Positions 1 through 14,653 of a stretch of 64,000 bases of DNA are shown piece after piece (the stretch's first letter is position 1; each line of letters opens with the position of its first letter). Position numbers and translations under genes: made by a program. The stretch comes from Haplodiscus bocki (taxonomy: Eukaryota): contig OZ296649.1 in the NCBI GenBank assembly GCA_965655095.1, positions 41,850,001 to 41,914,000 of the forward strand, written 5' to 3'. The notes beneath the pieces were generated by a model. That model was not told the origin of the DNA. It ran no database searches and worked only from the letters and a program-made list of their open reading frames with translations.

Positions 1-743
1 TCAAATTTGTTGTTGTATTGAGAAGCATTTTGCAACTGATTTGTTTCTGGTGAAGTTCGGAAACAAGATTTTTATGTTTGTTACATTTGGTTATTTCAGC
101 CTTTGCGACCTTTGAAAGTTACTTCAGATTGTCCGATTGATAACGTTCAATTGATATCTCTATGATATCAATTGTTTTAGAACGTCCTGAAAGAATTGAA
201 TAATTAAAAATTTGCTATTTAGGTCGCATTTACGGCGGTTCAACTGGCACGCAGTCAAATAGGCAAGTGATTGAAAGTGTGAAGAGTTGAATTGTTTCGA
301 AATTGTTAAGGAAGTTTGATGAGTTGTTTCTTTTCCGCCCACAAAATATATGGAAGAAAAACATTCTCTTGCCACGTGCAAGTTTTTATGTAAACTTGCC
401 AATCGCACAACTCTGGTGATATGGTGCAATTAAAACTCTGAAAATGTGAAATCAAAGTTATTTCAAAACGTTTTTAAACACAAATTCGATTTTTTTAAGA
501 AAAATTTCTTTGAGAAATTATACCAAATTTGTTGGGGAATGCACATAAAAGGCTCTTTTTCCGAAGGGGATCCGTTTCATCCAAAACCGGATGGCATTAG
601 CAAAGCTGGAAGATGAGAATATCCTTGTGGTAGTCAAGCGTCTTGTTTTTCTTTATCTTCAACGCATTTCGACAGAATTTCAAAAAGGAAAGTAATGGAT
701 TAAATTTCAGAGTATTTGTAAGTGTCAAAATTTTGACAGTTAG

Positions 744-997
744 ACCTCTAATTACAAATACTCAGCAGCGTTAATTTAAAAAATTCAACAATTGTGGATC
801 ATCATAGTAAATAGCGCCCTGGAGAAGTGTAAAGGAACAAACCAAAAAGTTACAACACGTTTTTTACGTTTTGATATCAAAATCTGTTGTAACTTTTTGG
901 TTTGTTCCTTTACACTTCTCCATGGCGCTATTTACTATGATGATCCACAATTGTTAAATTTCTTAATAAACGCTGTTGATTATTTGTAATTAGAGGT
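744..997. mobile_element. Foldback MITE (near-perfect inverted repeat, ~110-bp arms)
   Basis: ACCTCTAATTACAAATA...GTTACAACA at 744-857 is mirrored by TGTTGTAAC...TATTTGTAATTAGAGGT at ~885-997 around a ~30-bp spacer; no coding capacity. Confidence 0.8.
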
Positions 998-1009
998 AAT
1001 TAAACTTTT

Positions 1010-1130
1010 GGGTCGAGTGATACTTTGGTCCGAATCTGCATCTGGTCCGAATCTGTAGCTGGTCCGAATCTGTATCTAGTCTGAATCTGTATCTGGACCG
1101 AATTTGGTGTTCGGGCCGATTTGTCACACC
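1010..1130. repeat. Mini-element made of ~5 copies of a 17-bp unit (TGGTCCGAATCTGTATC) with imperfect inverted ends
   Basis: Tandem units are directly visible; the end TTCGGGCCGATTTGTCACAC resembles the reverse complement of the start. Confidence 0.7.
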
Positions 1131-2342
1131 AGCAGTTGCAATCACTTGAAAATTATCGACTGGCACTTCATTTTTGCTGTTTCACAATACTGTAATATGA
1201 AATAACTGAGAGCCCAGTTGACCTTATGTTTTTCTGGAAGTCGAAACAAGGTATTTTTCAGCCGGTAGCAGGTTTTAGCGGTAGCGTGGTAAGTTTTTAA
1301 ATTTCTTCGCCGATGACATTAATGCTATCCCAACATTTCAATCAGTATTTGAGAAGTTAGAAACTGTGCGTTGTCAAAAACGCTTTCATCTACAGTATGT
1401 TAGATTTAACAAGCAATCCGATAGTTTTTGAGAAAATAGTTTCTTTGAAAAGTTTGAAGTTTCTTTTTGACGTCAGTTTTGCTGTTTTGAACATAGTGCA
1501 TGTTAATACGTGAGCATTTTGGCGCGTTTTTTATCAGAATCTGGGCCATCAGAGTGGTTGAGTTCATAGCAATGTCATCCTTACCGAAAGCTAGGTCTTC
1601 GACTCTCCACAATTTTTCACCTCGCTTTCAGCAGTTGTCATCCAAAAAAAAGCAAGGCTACTGCGCCTCTTGTAAAGCGAGGCGAAGCCAATTGTCCCTT
1701 CAACTGCCACGGATGCGATTTCTTCCATTGACACATAACCAAAATTTTCAGCATTGAAGACTAACTTCCCACGACGTAACGCAGAAAACGTTCGGATTTT
1801 TATTAAAAGTTATCACCAGAGTTCGCAACAAAATAAAAGTTGGATTTAAGTCGACTCATTTGAATACGATTTCTCTTAGGCCAAAATTGGTAATTTTTTA
1901 GTTGGTTCTTCGATACTTTCAAACTTCTGAGTTCAATTTCTCTGAGGGCCACAAGTCGAACTACTCTTATATAAAATTTGAAAATTCAAAATTTTGGATA
2001 TTTCGTTTGGAACAATTTTTAACGGAAGTTAGTTTACTACAATTGTATTCTGTACCAATTTTGCGGCGTAATTAAGTATCAATCAACTATTGCCACCAAA
2101 TGCTCTTGGAAGAAGTTAATATGAGAGTCAACATTCATAGTGATTTTTTTCGGCCGCCACTTACGAAAGGGTTTTTCATCAGACGAGATATATCTAACAT
2201 CAAACTTTTAAATGAATATCACTTTAAAACTTTTGTAAGCTTGAAATTATTGGTCTGTGTCGGAGGCGCTGCTTTTTGGGAGTCTCGAAGAAGCTACTTT
2301 TTGAGAGTCTCTTAAGAAGCCCGAGCGCTAAGTTGCTTAGCA

Positions 2343-3582
2343 CTGGGGTTGAAGTCTCACGAGAAATCAATGCTGTCCAGAACTCATTCATGAACAAACA
2401 GAACTGTTCTGCGCTGAATCAGAACTGAATCAGCGCTGCATATTACTTGAAAATCAACTCTGGTTCAGAGGAAACCAGCTCTGAAGCACGTATTTTTGGA
2501 ACTGGACAGAGCGATTGTGTCTGAAGCAGAGCTGATTACCGCTGACGTCATATGATTCAGGATTACTAAATTCAGGGCAGAAGTAACCTTTTAGATTCGG
2601 ACCTTGTTTTTTGGAGAATAAGGAAATGGACAATGAAATTTCAGGTATATATGGTCAAACAAAAATATTCAAAAAACAGCATTTATATAACTAGAAAACA
2701 TCACCATATTTGAGCAAAAAACGCTCCCAAAAATGCGTAATAAGACCTACATGCTTGGGAACGTTTCATCAACACCTAAAAACAAAAAGGATCAAGATCT
2801 AAAGGGGGACCAGGAATGAGATGTGGAGAATAAAGTCTATAATCATTCCGGTATTAACATCTGAAGCCATGTGACGCTCATTTTTTGAAAAAAAATCCGG
2901 AAAAAACCCAAATATTAGATCTTATTCCTGTCTCCTCGAAAACTAAAAAGGAGAAGATTTTAAAGAAAAAAATCTAAAAATCTTTTACAAGGAGGCAAAG
3001 AGGCAAAATGAAACTTTTAGAGTTTATCAGCGCTGAAACAGCACTGCTTTTTTCTGAAACAGCGCTGCTTCAGAGTTGATCAGCCCTGATTTTCTCTGAA
3101 TCAGCGCTGGTCAAAATTCATCACATTTTTGCCTGAAACATCCGTAAAACAGTATCATGCACACGACTTGATCAGCTCTTTTTTGTTGAATACTTCATAT
3201 TTGAATTGTTTTTCTGTTATTTAGGTCATGTGCAGTCGTGGAGTGGCGAAGAATGGTTGTTACACCAATTCAAATTTTTGACGCAATTTTGGCTAGAAAG
3301 AGTTTTTCGACAACTTGAATAATCTTATGCATTCTCTTTTCGGTGACCATAATATCTTGCCTAACACTATACGAGCTTCTTTCACTGATTTTTCAATTTT
3401 TTTTTACTCAGCGCTGAACAGCACTGATTCATGAAAACTCACGACTGATCAACTCTAAAACAGCCCTGATCAGCGCTGGTGTTTTTTATGTTCTCTGAAT
3501 CAGTGCTGAACATCACTGAAAACTGTCAAACTTCTGAAACAGTGCTATTCAGCGCTGAATATTTCTGAGACTTCATCCCGGG
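2343..3582. mobile_element. Non-autonomous TIR element with CCCGGGTTGAA-type termini and TCAGCGCTGA subterminal repeats (CACTA/EnSpm-like)
   Basis: Left end CTGGGGTTGAAGTCTCA, right end TGAGACTTCATCCCGGG; many palindromic CAGCGCTG motifs near both ends; 2-bp flanks CA/CG. Confidence 0.65.
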
Positions 3583-4686
3583 CGCCTATATTTTTTGCTG
3601 GATTTGGGTAAGTTTTGTTTGGTTTTTTCTCAGTTTGAACCGTGTGTCCAATTTTGTTCCCATGAGCTCAATTATTTCGTTTGCTTTTGAAATCGTCTCT
3701 TAGGTTTTGAGCAATAATGAGAAAGTATCGTATTGTTTACAAAAGAACATTTTACAACACTTTTTGCTTGCTTAAAGGTAGAAAAACTCAAATTCCTCCT
3801 GATTTGTAACTACATAACTACGACTTAGTTTTTAGTCAGTGCTTTTAATTCAAATTTACAAAACAGTGGTTAGTTTTTTCACTGTGTATTCAACGAAAAA
3901 GAAAAGACTGCACACAAGTGAAGATCGGGTCCTCAAAAAAGAGTAGAAGCAAGTATATTGTACACGATAGGTAGTAGGTACCCCTCTGGCATTTTGAAAT
4001 TTTTATTTGTAATGAAAGCTTGATAGAATTTCATATCATAATTCACTTAGAGTACACCAAGAAAATTATTTGTTCTGCTGAAATTTCAAAACAAGCAACC
4101 CTTGTTCATTTTGTGACTGTTATTCAAAAAGCAAGCTTCTTCAAATAATTTTGTAAGCTCGGCTGAATGTTTCAGAGTTCAGATTTTACAGTTTATGAGA
4201 AATGAATCAAATGTCAGAAAGCTTTTGAACAAAAGTATTGCAAATACTTTTTTGCCTATCTTAAAACATGTAAAATAATGAGCGTGTGCAGTTATAGTTT
4301 TCGAAGTTCTTGCAAGTTCTACCGATTTTACTCTGACAGACATCACTTCAAAACTTGAAAGAAAACTTGGAAGCATTTTTTAAACTTTCATTAAAACATT
4401 TCATCTTTCGACACCGAAAGACACCGTTTTTATACCGAAAACCGAAAAAATCTAATAACGAATTTGAAACGTACCGCTCATACATCCACCGAGCATGAAA
4501 ATCTTTTTTTGAAAACAATTTTTGCACTTTATTTTTTTTCAGTTTCGCTCAGAATAGCATCAACAGTAAGAAGCAGTTATGCGGCAAAAAATTCCAGTCT
4601 TGATAAGGATGCGCCTTATGTTGTAATACCATTAAACCTATTAAACTTAACTTCTAATTCCTTATAAAGGTTCAATCAGCAGTGTC

Positions 4687-4789
4687 GGTCGGGTGAAATG
4701 TCTTTGGGGTTAAATGTTTTCGGGATTAAATGTCTGTGGGTTGAAAGTCTTGGGGTTAAATGTCTGTGGAGTGAAATGTACTGAAACCC
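4687..4789. repeat. Mini-element of ~6 copies of a ~16-bp unit (GGGTTAAATGTCTGTG)
   Basis: Visible tandem array; begins GGTCGGGTG like the element at 1010 and ends AAACCC. Confidence 0.65.
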
Positions 4790-7700
4790 AAGTTTTGACA
4801 GTGCTAGTCATCACTGGACATGACTGTGGGTTCAAGGTGCTCCCAGCTGTCTTCTTCATTGCTACAGTTATCAATTTAACTCAATTTTCATACTCTAATG
4901 CACTAATTCAATTGCTGTTATCAGATTTTTGTTGTTGGTTTATAAAAATTAACACAATAACAAAATTTCATGTATGCGGAGTAACGTTCTTTTACACCAT
5001 TCAATATTATATTCTTGAATCATTGTTTTTGCATTGAAATACATGGTATCGATACAAAAAAAAAGATTTTTAACGCAATGTTTCGTATGATTCCAAGTCG
5101 CAATGTAATACGTACAATTTCAATAACGTAGACTATATTGAGATTAAGTTATCGTAACTTTCACTTTCAGCCCCTTTTTAGCGAAGAAATTGATGAAAAA
5201 TAACCCAATGGAGCTCGCCCAAAAAACAGTTCATTTAAACTGCTAAGTCCAATCAGTATCTGTTCGAATGTTTGGACCGATTAAGATATTCTAATAAAAC
5301 CAGGAAAGCTTCATTATTTCCGTAAAATTTGATTGACAAAAGTCTTGGGAAAAAAGTTTCTTGAAATTCAACGGTGAATATCAGAATGATTTAAATTTTA
5401 AAATGCCTTCGTTTTTCTCTGATTTTCTCGCCCCTGCTGTTTTTATCTTTTTGACTCTATTTTGAACTTCGACAGAGAAGGACTCAATCAGTACTAATCT
5501 TATTGGGCAACGAATATCATAATTTGGAAGGTTCAAGCTTCCTCCTGTTTTTTCAACTTTGATTTTTGCGGAAATGCTCCATTAACAAATGGTTCGGCGG
5601 AAGCGTTGTTCACTCACGCTTTGAAGATTTTTTGCTGAAAAATCCATCATTGTGATCTAACCCACTTTTTTGACCAAACTGAAAAAAAGGAAAGGGCAAA
5701 AAAATCAGACAAAAGCAGGGATTTCTAAAATAAAACCATCTCGATATTTGTCGCAAAATTTCATGAAGCTTCCTCTCCAATAACATTTTTGTAAATCAGC
5801 TTTTTACAGAAACAATGAAACTTTCTTGGTTTTTATTATAGTATATTAATAGAAACAAACTTTTGAACAGCCACTGAGTATAGAGAACAGTTACTTGAAG
5901 CACACAGGAATTAGAATAACAGGAATTGATCTAAATTTAAAACTCAGTATACTACAAACATATCTCCAATTTCTTTCGTTTTGACTATAGTGTTTACCGG
6001 TCTAATCCTGCTTTCACATCGTGTTGTTTTATACTCTTCTTTTAAAAATCAGATGTGATTTCCCAAATCGTATCGTCGATGCTGCATGATATATTTGTAA
6101 ATTGTAACATTGTTCAAAGGCATGAAACTTATGAAACATAAAAAGAACCTATTTTATACAGGTAATTTGAAGGTTTTCAAATACCTGTTTCTTTATAGTC
6201 GGCGTTTTATGAAAAAAAAATCCTAACTGTTTCAGTGGTTTTTTCAGCTTTTCTGATAAAAGATGGAGCAGTTTCAGTAGAAATACTGTCGCTTTTGCAT
6301 TTTTCCGCTGCTTACGCGACAAAAATTTCAAACTATTTTGGCACCAAACTTTAAATCAAACATTTAAAACCACGATTACGGGCCAGAAAACTTACAGCAT
6401 TTCTTTTTTTTGTGAAATAAAACCTCAAAATTTTCCGTGATACTTCTTTTTCCAAATTCCGACTTTTTTCAATTCTTTGAAAAACAAACGGCGATGATAT
6501 TCGTGATGCTCTCTTTTACATACTCTAGCGAAATTTTCATGGAATTTTTCTTTCATTTGAAAGCTACGAAACACTTTTGAAATGAATTTAATGATTCATT
6601 GCAAAATTTTCCCATCTGAATTTGGTCTATTGGGTTGATTTTTTTCAGGTATCTTCGATAAATTGCGCAAAATTTGGCGCAGTTTTGAAACTTTGATCTA
6701 AAGTTTCGATGACAACAAGATATTATTTTTTTTTAAGTTAAAAGATGCAACAAATTGTTTTAAATGTAGCAGATGTCATTCTATTTTTTTTCCAATTTTC
6801 AGTCAAAGTAACGTAGATTTAGTTTAAACTACACTACTCGGCGTCACTTTTGAACACGTAATAAAATAACGTCAAGTCGTCAAAGATGTAACAAACAACA
6901 ACAGGCGTGAAATGATAGGGATGGAAACTTTGGACAAGCCAACTACTTTCTCTTGTCATTGCATGGCTTGGAAACCTCAACTATTAACAGATCAGCGAAA
7001 ACTTCAAAAGACACGTATGCTGAGTTCTATATGTTTTATGAATTACTTGACGGTACACCTAATTTCATCATACAAAAATTTCGCTAGTGTAAGCCACAAA
7101 AATTCTTTGCAAAAACACCAATTCGAAAATTTTGGTCCATTGACATTTCTACTCAATGTATAATGTACCTAATTGTGACCATTAATTTTTTGGTAATTTA
7201 ACAAAATTTCTAGCAACTTATTATAACATAAAATTTGATACCCATCCTTCGGCATAATTTGTTTTTGCGGTGGGGCCAATACTTTTCAGTATTTTTCAGG
7301 AAGCCGTTTAGTTATTTTAACCCTTGTGCCATTCTTGGTTTGTTTCCATTAATTTTCATCTTTGAAACGCTTTCTAACAAGTTCTCTTGTAACAGCACAA
7401 GAACTTTGTCTTTCACTTACATGTCTCAGTAATTTTTAGTTGTCCTGATTTTGTGATGAAACGTTTGCTTTTGATATTTCTTTTGATTCTGTTTTTCCCA
7501 GAGACCCAGATTGACTGGATGACCTGAAAAAACATTTAAAAAGAAAAAGAGGCAAAGGGTGTAATTGGCCGTTCGGATTTTCCTGAGTTTTCATGCTTTT
7601 TGCATTAGGGCAAAATTACAAGTTTTTTTGTTCTAAGAAACAAGAAGTCCATTTGCGGTCAAGTTTCGATACATAGTCAAGGTGACAGTAGCTTTTGTTG

Positions 7701-8912
7701 ATGACTTTTCAAGAAAGTCTACCAAAATTCGTGATCTTCTGCAATGTTGGAAGACTGAGTGAAGGAGGTTTTGATGAAATCGCAACCTTTTTCACAAATT
7801 TTGGAATCGTGATTGACGTTTTGGTCTACATAAATGCAATTCTCATATATGAATCATCTGAAAAAAACCTCGGTAGTCTCTGCAACTTTGGTAATTTGTG
7901 CTGCTTGAGTTCTTTAGTACCTGAAGAGATTTTTTGCTAAGAACTTGGATGAAGCCTACATATCTTGGCGTAGAAAAATGTGACATAAAATTTTGGGGGT
8001 AACGACATTTGATTTGGGATCTTTTGGCATGTACTCGGTAAATATACATATGTTAAGACCATGAAGCTTTTTTCTTCACTATGAATGACGCATTTTGATT
8101 TTAAAAAGCACCCAAAAAATTGCAGAGCTGTCATCCACACGAAGCGCCATTTCAACCTTAAAAAATAAGAGTGATTTGATGTCGAAAAAGAAATTTGAAA
8201 ATTTTAATGAAGTAGACAAAATTTTACACAGAATAACAAACTTATGTACACGTTCCATACACTGGTAGGATACTCGAATAAGTAGAAATTCAGTTTTTCC
8301 CCGGTTCGAATTTGACTTTGCATCTGGTTTATATCAAAGCTACTTCATTTTCTACTTTGATGGCCCATCCGAGTTTAAGTCTCAGACATTAAGCTTTGAT
8401 AAGATCTTATCAGCGCTGAATCAGCCCTGTAGATTACCTGAAATTTTCTGAACAGCGTTAATTCTGCTCTAATCAACGCTGAAACGACAATTTTTCAGAG
8501 CAAAAAGCCAGCACCGAACAGCGCTCATTTAGCACTGATTTCTCTGAAACAAAGGTGGTTCAGCGCTGAACATATCTGAAGCTCTCTGAAGCAGTTCTGA
8601 CGAACTCTGATTCTCTTCGAAACAGTGCTGAACACATCTGATTTTTTTCTAATTAATGTGATTCTTCTTATCACCTCTCCAAACTTATATCATATGTCAC
8701 ATTTTCTCCATAAAATTTAGATCTTATCTTTTTGCAAATTCAAATCCTATTTTTGTTTGGCAACAATTCGATCTTATTGCTATTCGGCACAATTGGTTTT
8801 TAATTCCCTCTTAGAGAAAATGCATTCATATTACTTTTAAACAGAATTATGCCTCAATCTTACTGACAAAAATACAGAAATAGGTGACAAGGTATCTGGA
8901 AATAAAAGCTAT

Positions 8913-10517
8913 CCCGGGTTGACATCCTTACTACTTTCAGCGATGATCTTAGAAACTCCAGATTGATTCAGCGATGCAAATAGATTTATCAGAATGTTTC
9001 AGAACTGATAATTGATGCACATTGCATGAGTTTTGATGAAAATCATTGTTTCAGAGCTAAAACAGCCATGATCACCGTTATTACAGATTAAGAATTCAGC
9101 CATTTTCGGAGCTGAAACAGCGATTATCAGAACAAAAAATCTCTGAAAACTAATGAACATCGATTAGCACTTATGAAAATCTCTGAACATTACTGAAAAT
9201 GTCTGAGAACCACTGAATATCTATGAAAATCTCTGGTCATCTCTGAAAATGCTTTAACAAGCTGAACACTTATGGAAACATCTCAACATTATTGAAAATG
9301 TCTGAGAACTGTTCTGAACATCCATGAAAATCTCTGAAAATTACTTTTTTAACTCTGAAACGGTCTGAAAACCTCTGTTAACGCTCTTCATTGCCGAATG
9401 GTCTTCAACCTATATTTTGTCGACTTTTAATGAACTACATTTAAGAAAAAAAATGAAATGAATCAACAATTAGGACAAAATAAACACACTTCACGCAAAA
9501 ATCTATAACAGAGGGAGCATAATATTGCTTTAGGCGCTATTCCCGAAATAGATTTAGATGCCCCCCACCAAAAATGGGGATAAAGTTCTCAAATATTAAA
9601 AGAGAATAAGATCTAAAGCACCAAAAACATCAAAAGAATAACAAATTAAAGTCACTAGGGAATAATGTCTAAATCAATAACGTCAAAATCAGTGCACTAA
9701 GATACTGGACGAACTTGAAATGACAGACAACTGTGCTCCAGATGCTCAATTTGCAATGGGCCTCACGCAATTTGCACTAGACGCAGATACCTCGAGAATA
9801 CCTCTGGCATGGCTCTTTAGGTTTATTCCCGAAATGGATTTAGACTTTATTATTCAGACACCATTCCTGACCCCCCCCCCCACAAAGTGGGAGTAAAAAC
9901 TCAAACTTGAGACGTTATTCTGCTCCGTCGAGTAGACTCTGATGAAGTCTTAACTATGCTGAATCAGCTCGGCAAATAACTGATTTTCTCTGCGATCATT
10001 CCTGAAAAATACTGATTCAGCTCTGAACATAACTGACTTCTTCTGATCCAGCAATGAACATTTCTGGCACAGAGACTTTACATGTTTGCCCATAAACACT
10101 GTAAAAACATCGGAATTAACTCCTGTAACGTTTTTCTTCCTAATTTCAGGGTTTATTTTAGTATTTCTTACCATTTATTGTTCTAGTAAGAAGTCTTCTG
10201 ACATGGAATCAAAAGGAAATATAGTTTTCCGAAGAATCAATTTTTTGGAATTCTAATTTTTTAATTTCTCGTCTTTTCAGCATCAATATTGAAAAAAACT
10301 AGCTTTTTGGCGTTTTCATGGTCTTTGCCTGTTTGCTGCTTGCCAGTAATGTTCAGAGCTGAGTCAGAGATGTTCAGAAATCTTCATTATTGAATCAATT
10401 ATGACCACAGATGTCAAAATTAAAGTCGGCTGGTACGGCTCTGAACATCGCTGAAAACGCAAAAACTTCTTGATCAGCGCTGAAAATGACTGAATATTTA
10501 TGACAGCTCAACCCGGG
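8913..10517. mobile_element. Non-autonomous CCCGGGTTG-TIR element, same family as 2343-3582, probably nested in an older copy spanning ~8300-11038
   Basis: AT|CCCGGGTTGA ... TCAACCCGGG|AT (2-bp TSD AT); CAGCGCTG/CTCTGAA-rich subterminal repeats; the same motifs continue outside at 8410-8640 and 10520-11038 (ending TTCAACGCGGG). Confidence 0.7.
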
Positions 10518-13500
10518 ATCAGTTCTGTTCAGCGCTGTCTCAGTGGTCATTTTCTCTTGAACAACGCTGTTTCGGAGCTGTTCAGCGCTGAAATGTTCTG
10601 ATGGAGCTGTGATCAAAATTAAAATTTTTAGCTTGAAACAGTAAAGGAACATCCTTTGTATCACCAACCCGTTTTTGACTGCATTAGCCCATTTCCTTGC
10701 AGAAAAACGATATATTAGTTGTTTTTACATCATTCAAATCACAAGTAGTTATGAAGCAGTGAAAAAAAATGTTTCCACTATTTCTAATCACAAAATTTTT
10801 CAAAAGTTGTTTTCTGAAACTGAAATATTCCAGAACCACTTGTTTTCTGGTATCGCAATATCTTCTCAATCGCTTTCAAAGCATTAATTGTTAATTTTTC
10901 AACTCATTTTAACACAGCGCTTAAGGGCGCTGCTTCGAAGAAACTCAGCGCCAAACAGCTCTGAGACAGCGCTGATGAGCACTGAAATTTATGAAACTTC
11001 TGGAACATCGCTATTTTGCTCGGGGCCTTCAACGCGGGTGGCTTTGAAATTTTTGGCAAGAACAAATTCTCATAATTTTCAAATGACTCATTTTAAATTG
11101 GAAAAAAAGTAAGATTTTTGTTCTAATGATTATAATCGATCTTCCTGGTTTGATACGTTGAATAGAACTCAGAATAAACATTTGCGAACATTCGATATTT
11201 CTTTTGAAAAGATGTTCCGGTGACATTTGTAGGTAATTTTTTAATACTCATTTGTTGTTTCTCCAATCGAAACATCTCTAATTTCCATGCTTTTTATTGC
11301 CTTCATTCTCTCTTTAAAAACGCTGCCAGGGTGCTATCATATTTCGGACGATAACAATTGACGGGAAATGGATTGTTTATTAGTAATAAAATAAACGATT
11401 TCGCCACAGAATGGGCTTTTATGCACAATTGGTAATCGTTCAACAAAAGAAAACGGAACATGAACCTCTAGGTAAATTAATTCGAATCAAAATATATTTT
11501 ATTGACTCTTGACAGTGTTCGTTTGCAGAAGAAAAATTGATAATCATTCAAAATTTTTAAAGGAAAGTCTCGAAAATTAACTTATTCGAAATACACAACT
11601 CTATGTAAAACTTAGAAGACTATATGTGTTGGGTCGTAAGTATCACAACATTATCATGTTTATTTCTTCTCCAAACACAGTTTACATTGACAATCATATT
11701 CGCGCAAAAAAATGTAGTTGGGCCCGAAAATCGGTTTCCTCGGCTTAATCAACTTGTGGAACATTGGTATAGTAAACTTTAATGTGGAGCTGGATGAACG
11801 TAGATTATAGCAATATTGGAAAAAGTAAATTCAAAAGTAGTTCCACTTTTGACCGAGTTTTATCACCGTCACGAAATATTATCATTTTTCAATTAATTGA
11901 ACTCAATTAACTCTCCAAGGTCGAAGGTTTTGTAAGTTCTCTTGGCTACCCTCCGACTGAAATGTTAGCAATTCAAGCAAAATATTTAATTGTTAGAATT
12001 TTTTTGGAAATTTTTCTCTATTTTTCATCAACTTACTGTTGCAAGTTATTTCATCAATAGCTCAAGTTAGATTTTAGCAGTTGATTCATTCCTGTCTTAT
12101 TTCTCTTCCTCATTTTTGTGCAATGGCGGGCGCCGGATGATTTTGGTGGAATGTGTTTTTGATGGGAATAAAGCTGTTTTGGGAAACTGAAATTGAAGTC
12201 AGTGTAGTAAGAGTAGTGGAGTCTGCAATGTAAAATAAGTTAAATTAATTTCAGGCAGACTGAAGAGATTAACTTGTGTTTTTTGTCAGAATTTTTGAGC
12301 AGAAAAGTCATCATTTTTGTTTTCTTTTCCTTACAAGTCGCAATTTATCACCTGACATTCGGATAAATTGACGTTAAAAACACCATTTTAATCATTTGTT
12401 CATTGTCAAATATTTACATCCAATTTTGTTCTATAATTAACAATAAAAGTTTGCTCAGTGTTTCTCTAAAAAGCGGTTAGTTGTCGCAAATTGTTTTCTG
12501 AATATTTCATTAATTTCCATAATGAAATTTTGCATCTATTAGACAAGCGAGGCGAGTAAAGGGGGACCCTTTGCCCTTTCCATTCGAAATATTCACCACA
12601 CGTCTGCCTAAGCACTCAGTCGCAGTTCCATAGAAAGGCAAATGAGGCACATAAAAGACCAAATTTAACAATTGTTTTATCCCTCTGTTTTCACAGCTTG
12701 AACATAACAAATGCAACAGAGGAGCAAGACGCGATAAAATAATAGAAATTTATGAAAAATGCAAAATAAAATGCTTCTCGTTTAAACACAATTGATGAGC
12801 TGTGGAGAAGAGGCTTTTACGGTAGATTAAGTAATAGTTACTTTCGCGGCGCTCTCTCAATTTAGCAAACACTTGATCTTGTTTTCAAGCATCTTCTCTT
12901 CGTGGTACACTTTTATTGAATGTCTCGGTAAGACCAGTCCGAATTTCATAAGTGCTCATTTTTGCTTCATCACTCTCAAGATGTAACGGGAAGAACTTTC
13001 GCGCCTTTTAAATCCTTCATTTTGAACCCTTCAAGTGCCAAATACAAGCGATGGCTTTTAAAATGACTTGCTAATGCGGCTCAACATCTAGAATCCCTGC
13101 TCCTCTAATGCTTCTTAATTGGACCTGGTCACTCAAATTGATGCAGCAAATTTCAATTCAACGTTGAAAAACAAACGTTTCTAAGCAAATTATACTTCGT
13201 CTTTTCTCTTTTCAATCTATCTGTACCTATCTTGCTAAACATATCAATCATCCATCGTACAGGCAGTCAATCATTCACTGCTCGTTTTTGTTGTCGTTTG
13301 ATTAGCACACTTCAAAATACCCGATTAAAAATCATCGCTCATCACTTAATGTGCATGTGCGCGCTTGGTATACCTATAGGGCGGTGGCTTGCTGACTTTA
13401 GCAGTCAGCCGAAGTGTTACAATAAAATAAATCCGCTACAAATGGGGAGTTTTTTGTATATTGTGAACACCACCGTCGTTACTTCCATTATCCTGCATAT

Positions 13501-14653
13501 TTTCTACCTCTATCGTAAACGACTCTGCAGAGTTGATATACATGTATATCAAACAAAACCTATCCATGGTTTCTATTGAATCCTGGCTATTCTTTCTAAA
13601 TTTGAATGTCAAGAAAGGATTTTTGAAGCAAACTTTCGATTAAAACAACGCTTATTTGTTCCGGATGGAAGTTCACCGCGGCCATGAATCATGAAGAGAA
13701 ATAGGACACGTTGCAAAGTCTTGGTGTTTGATTTATTCTCTTAAAATACTCATTCTTAAGATGGCTGCTCCAGTTTTTACTTGTAGTTTTTTTAGATCTG
13801 GCTAACAATAAGGAGTCATTTTGTGACTAAATTTCTTTCAGCAGATCAAATGAAGCAATCTTGAGATTTGTGATATATTGATTCTGGAAAATTTTGATGA
13901 TTGTTCTCACACGCTTCAATGCAAGATTCTACATTTTTCCTCAGTGGTAGAGTTTTGCGCTTGCATAGGGAGGTTTGCAAGAACAATTCTAGCTCCACTC
14001 AGAACTGTTGTGACACCAAGCAGCCCCTTTGTCTTCAGATAGGATGGTTCACTTCAAAACGCACTGCTGATGAAAAAGATTTTGAACATTGTGGATTTCG
14101 ACTGGTCAGTGAAATGCTTCAGTCGTTAGTCTATCAGTGCTGCAATAATTTATTGCAAGTCAATATGGTGGCATACTTATCGAGAACAAGTTTTCCTAAG
14201 AGCTGGCAATGATTTCGAGTGAGAATCTGTATAAGCTTGGCCGTCCCCACAAAAAAAATTGTAAGTTTTGATTTCTAGCATATACTTGACATGTCGTATT
14301 CAGCTTTAAGGTTTTCCTGAGATATAAGTATGAATTTATAGACATTTTGCATTCATTATATTAGAGAGCTTGCTATCACTTGTGAAGATAAAATGTTAAT
14401 AAATTAACAGCCAACCCAGCCTCGTCTAAAAAGCAAGCATCTAAGTTATAAAATTATTGTAATTCAAACACAGACAGAGAGAAACATAGTAGTGCATTTT
14501 ATCTGCACATATGGGAAAGTTTGGCATTTTATTCTGAAGCAGTAAAAACGTTCAAAGGTCACGTATGGTAAATTATTGTAAATAAATTTTGCCATAAATC
14601 ACTTCCATGTGTGCAAAAAAAGCATACAAAAACCTGGCAACTTCAAATGCTTA

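Noticed and set aside
7600-8160. Possible exon or hAT transposase remnant
   Set aside because: No consistent frame or diagnostic motif.
12480-13560. Repeat-poor stretch that could be a distal Vax enhancer
   Set aside because: No evidence available without cross-species conservation or chromatin data.
13560-14400. Possible decayed LINE fragment on the minus strand (LVLDKYAT-like echo)
   Set aside because: Too few motifs to support by eye.
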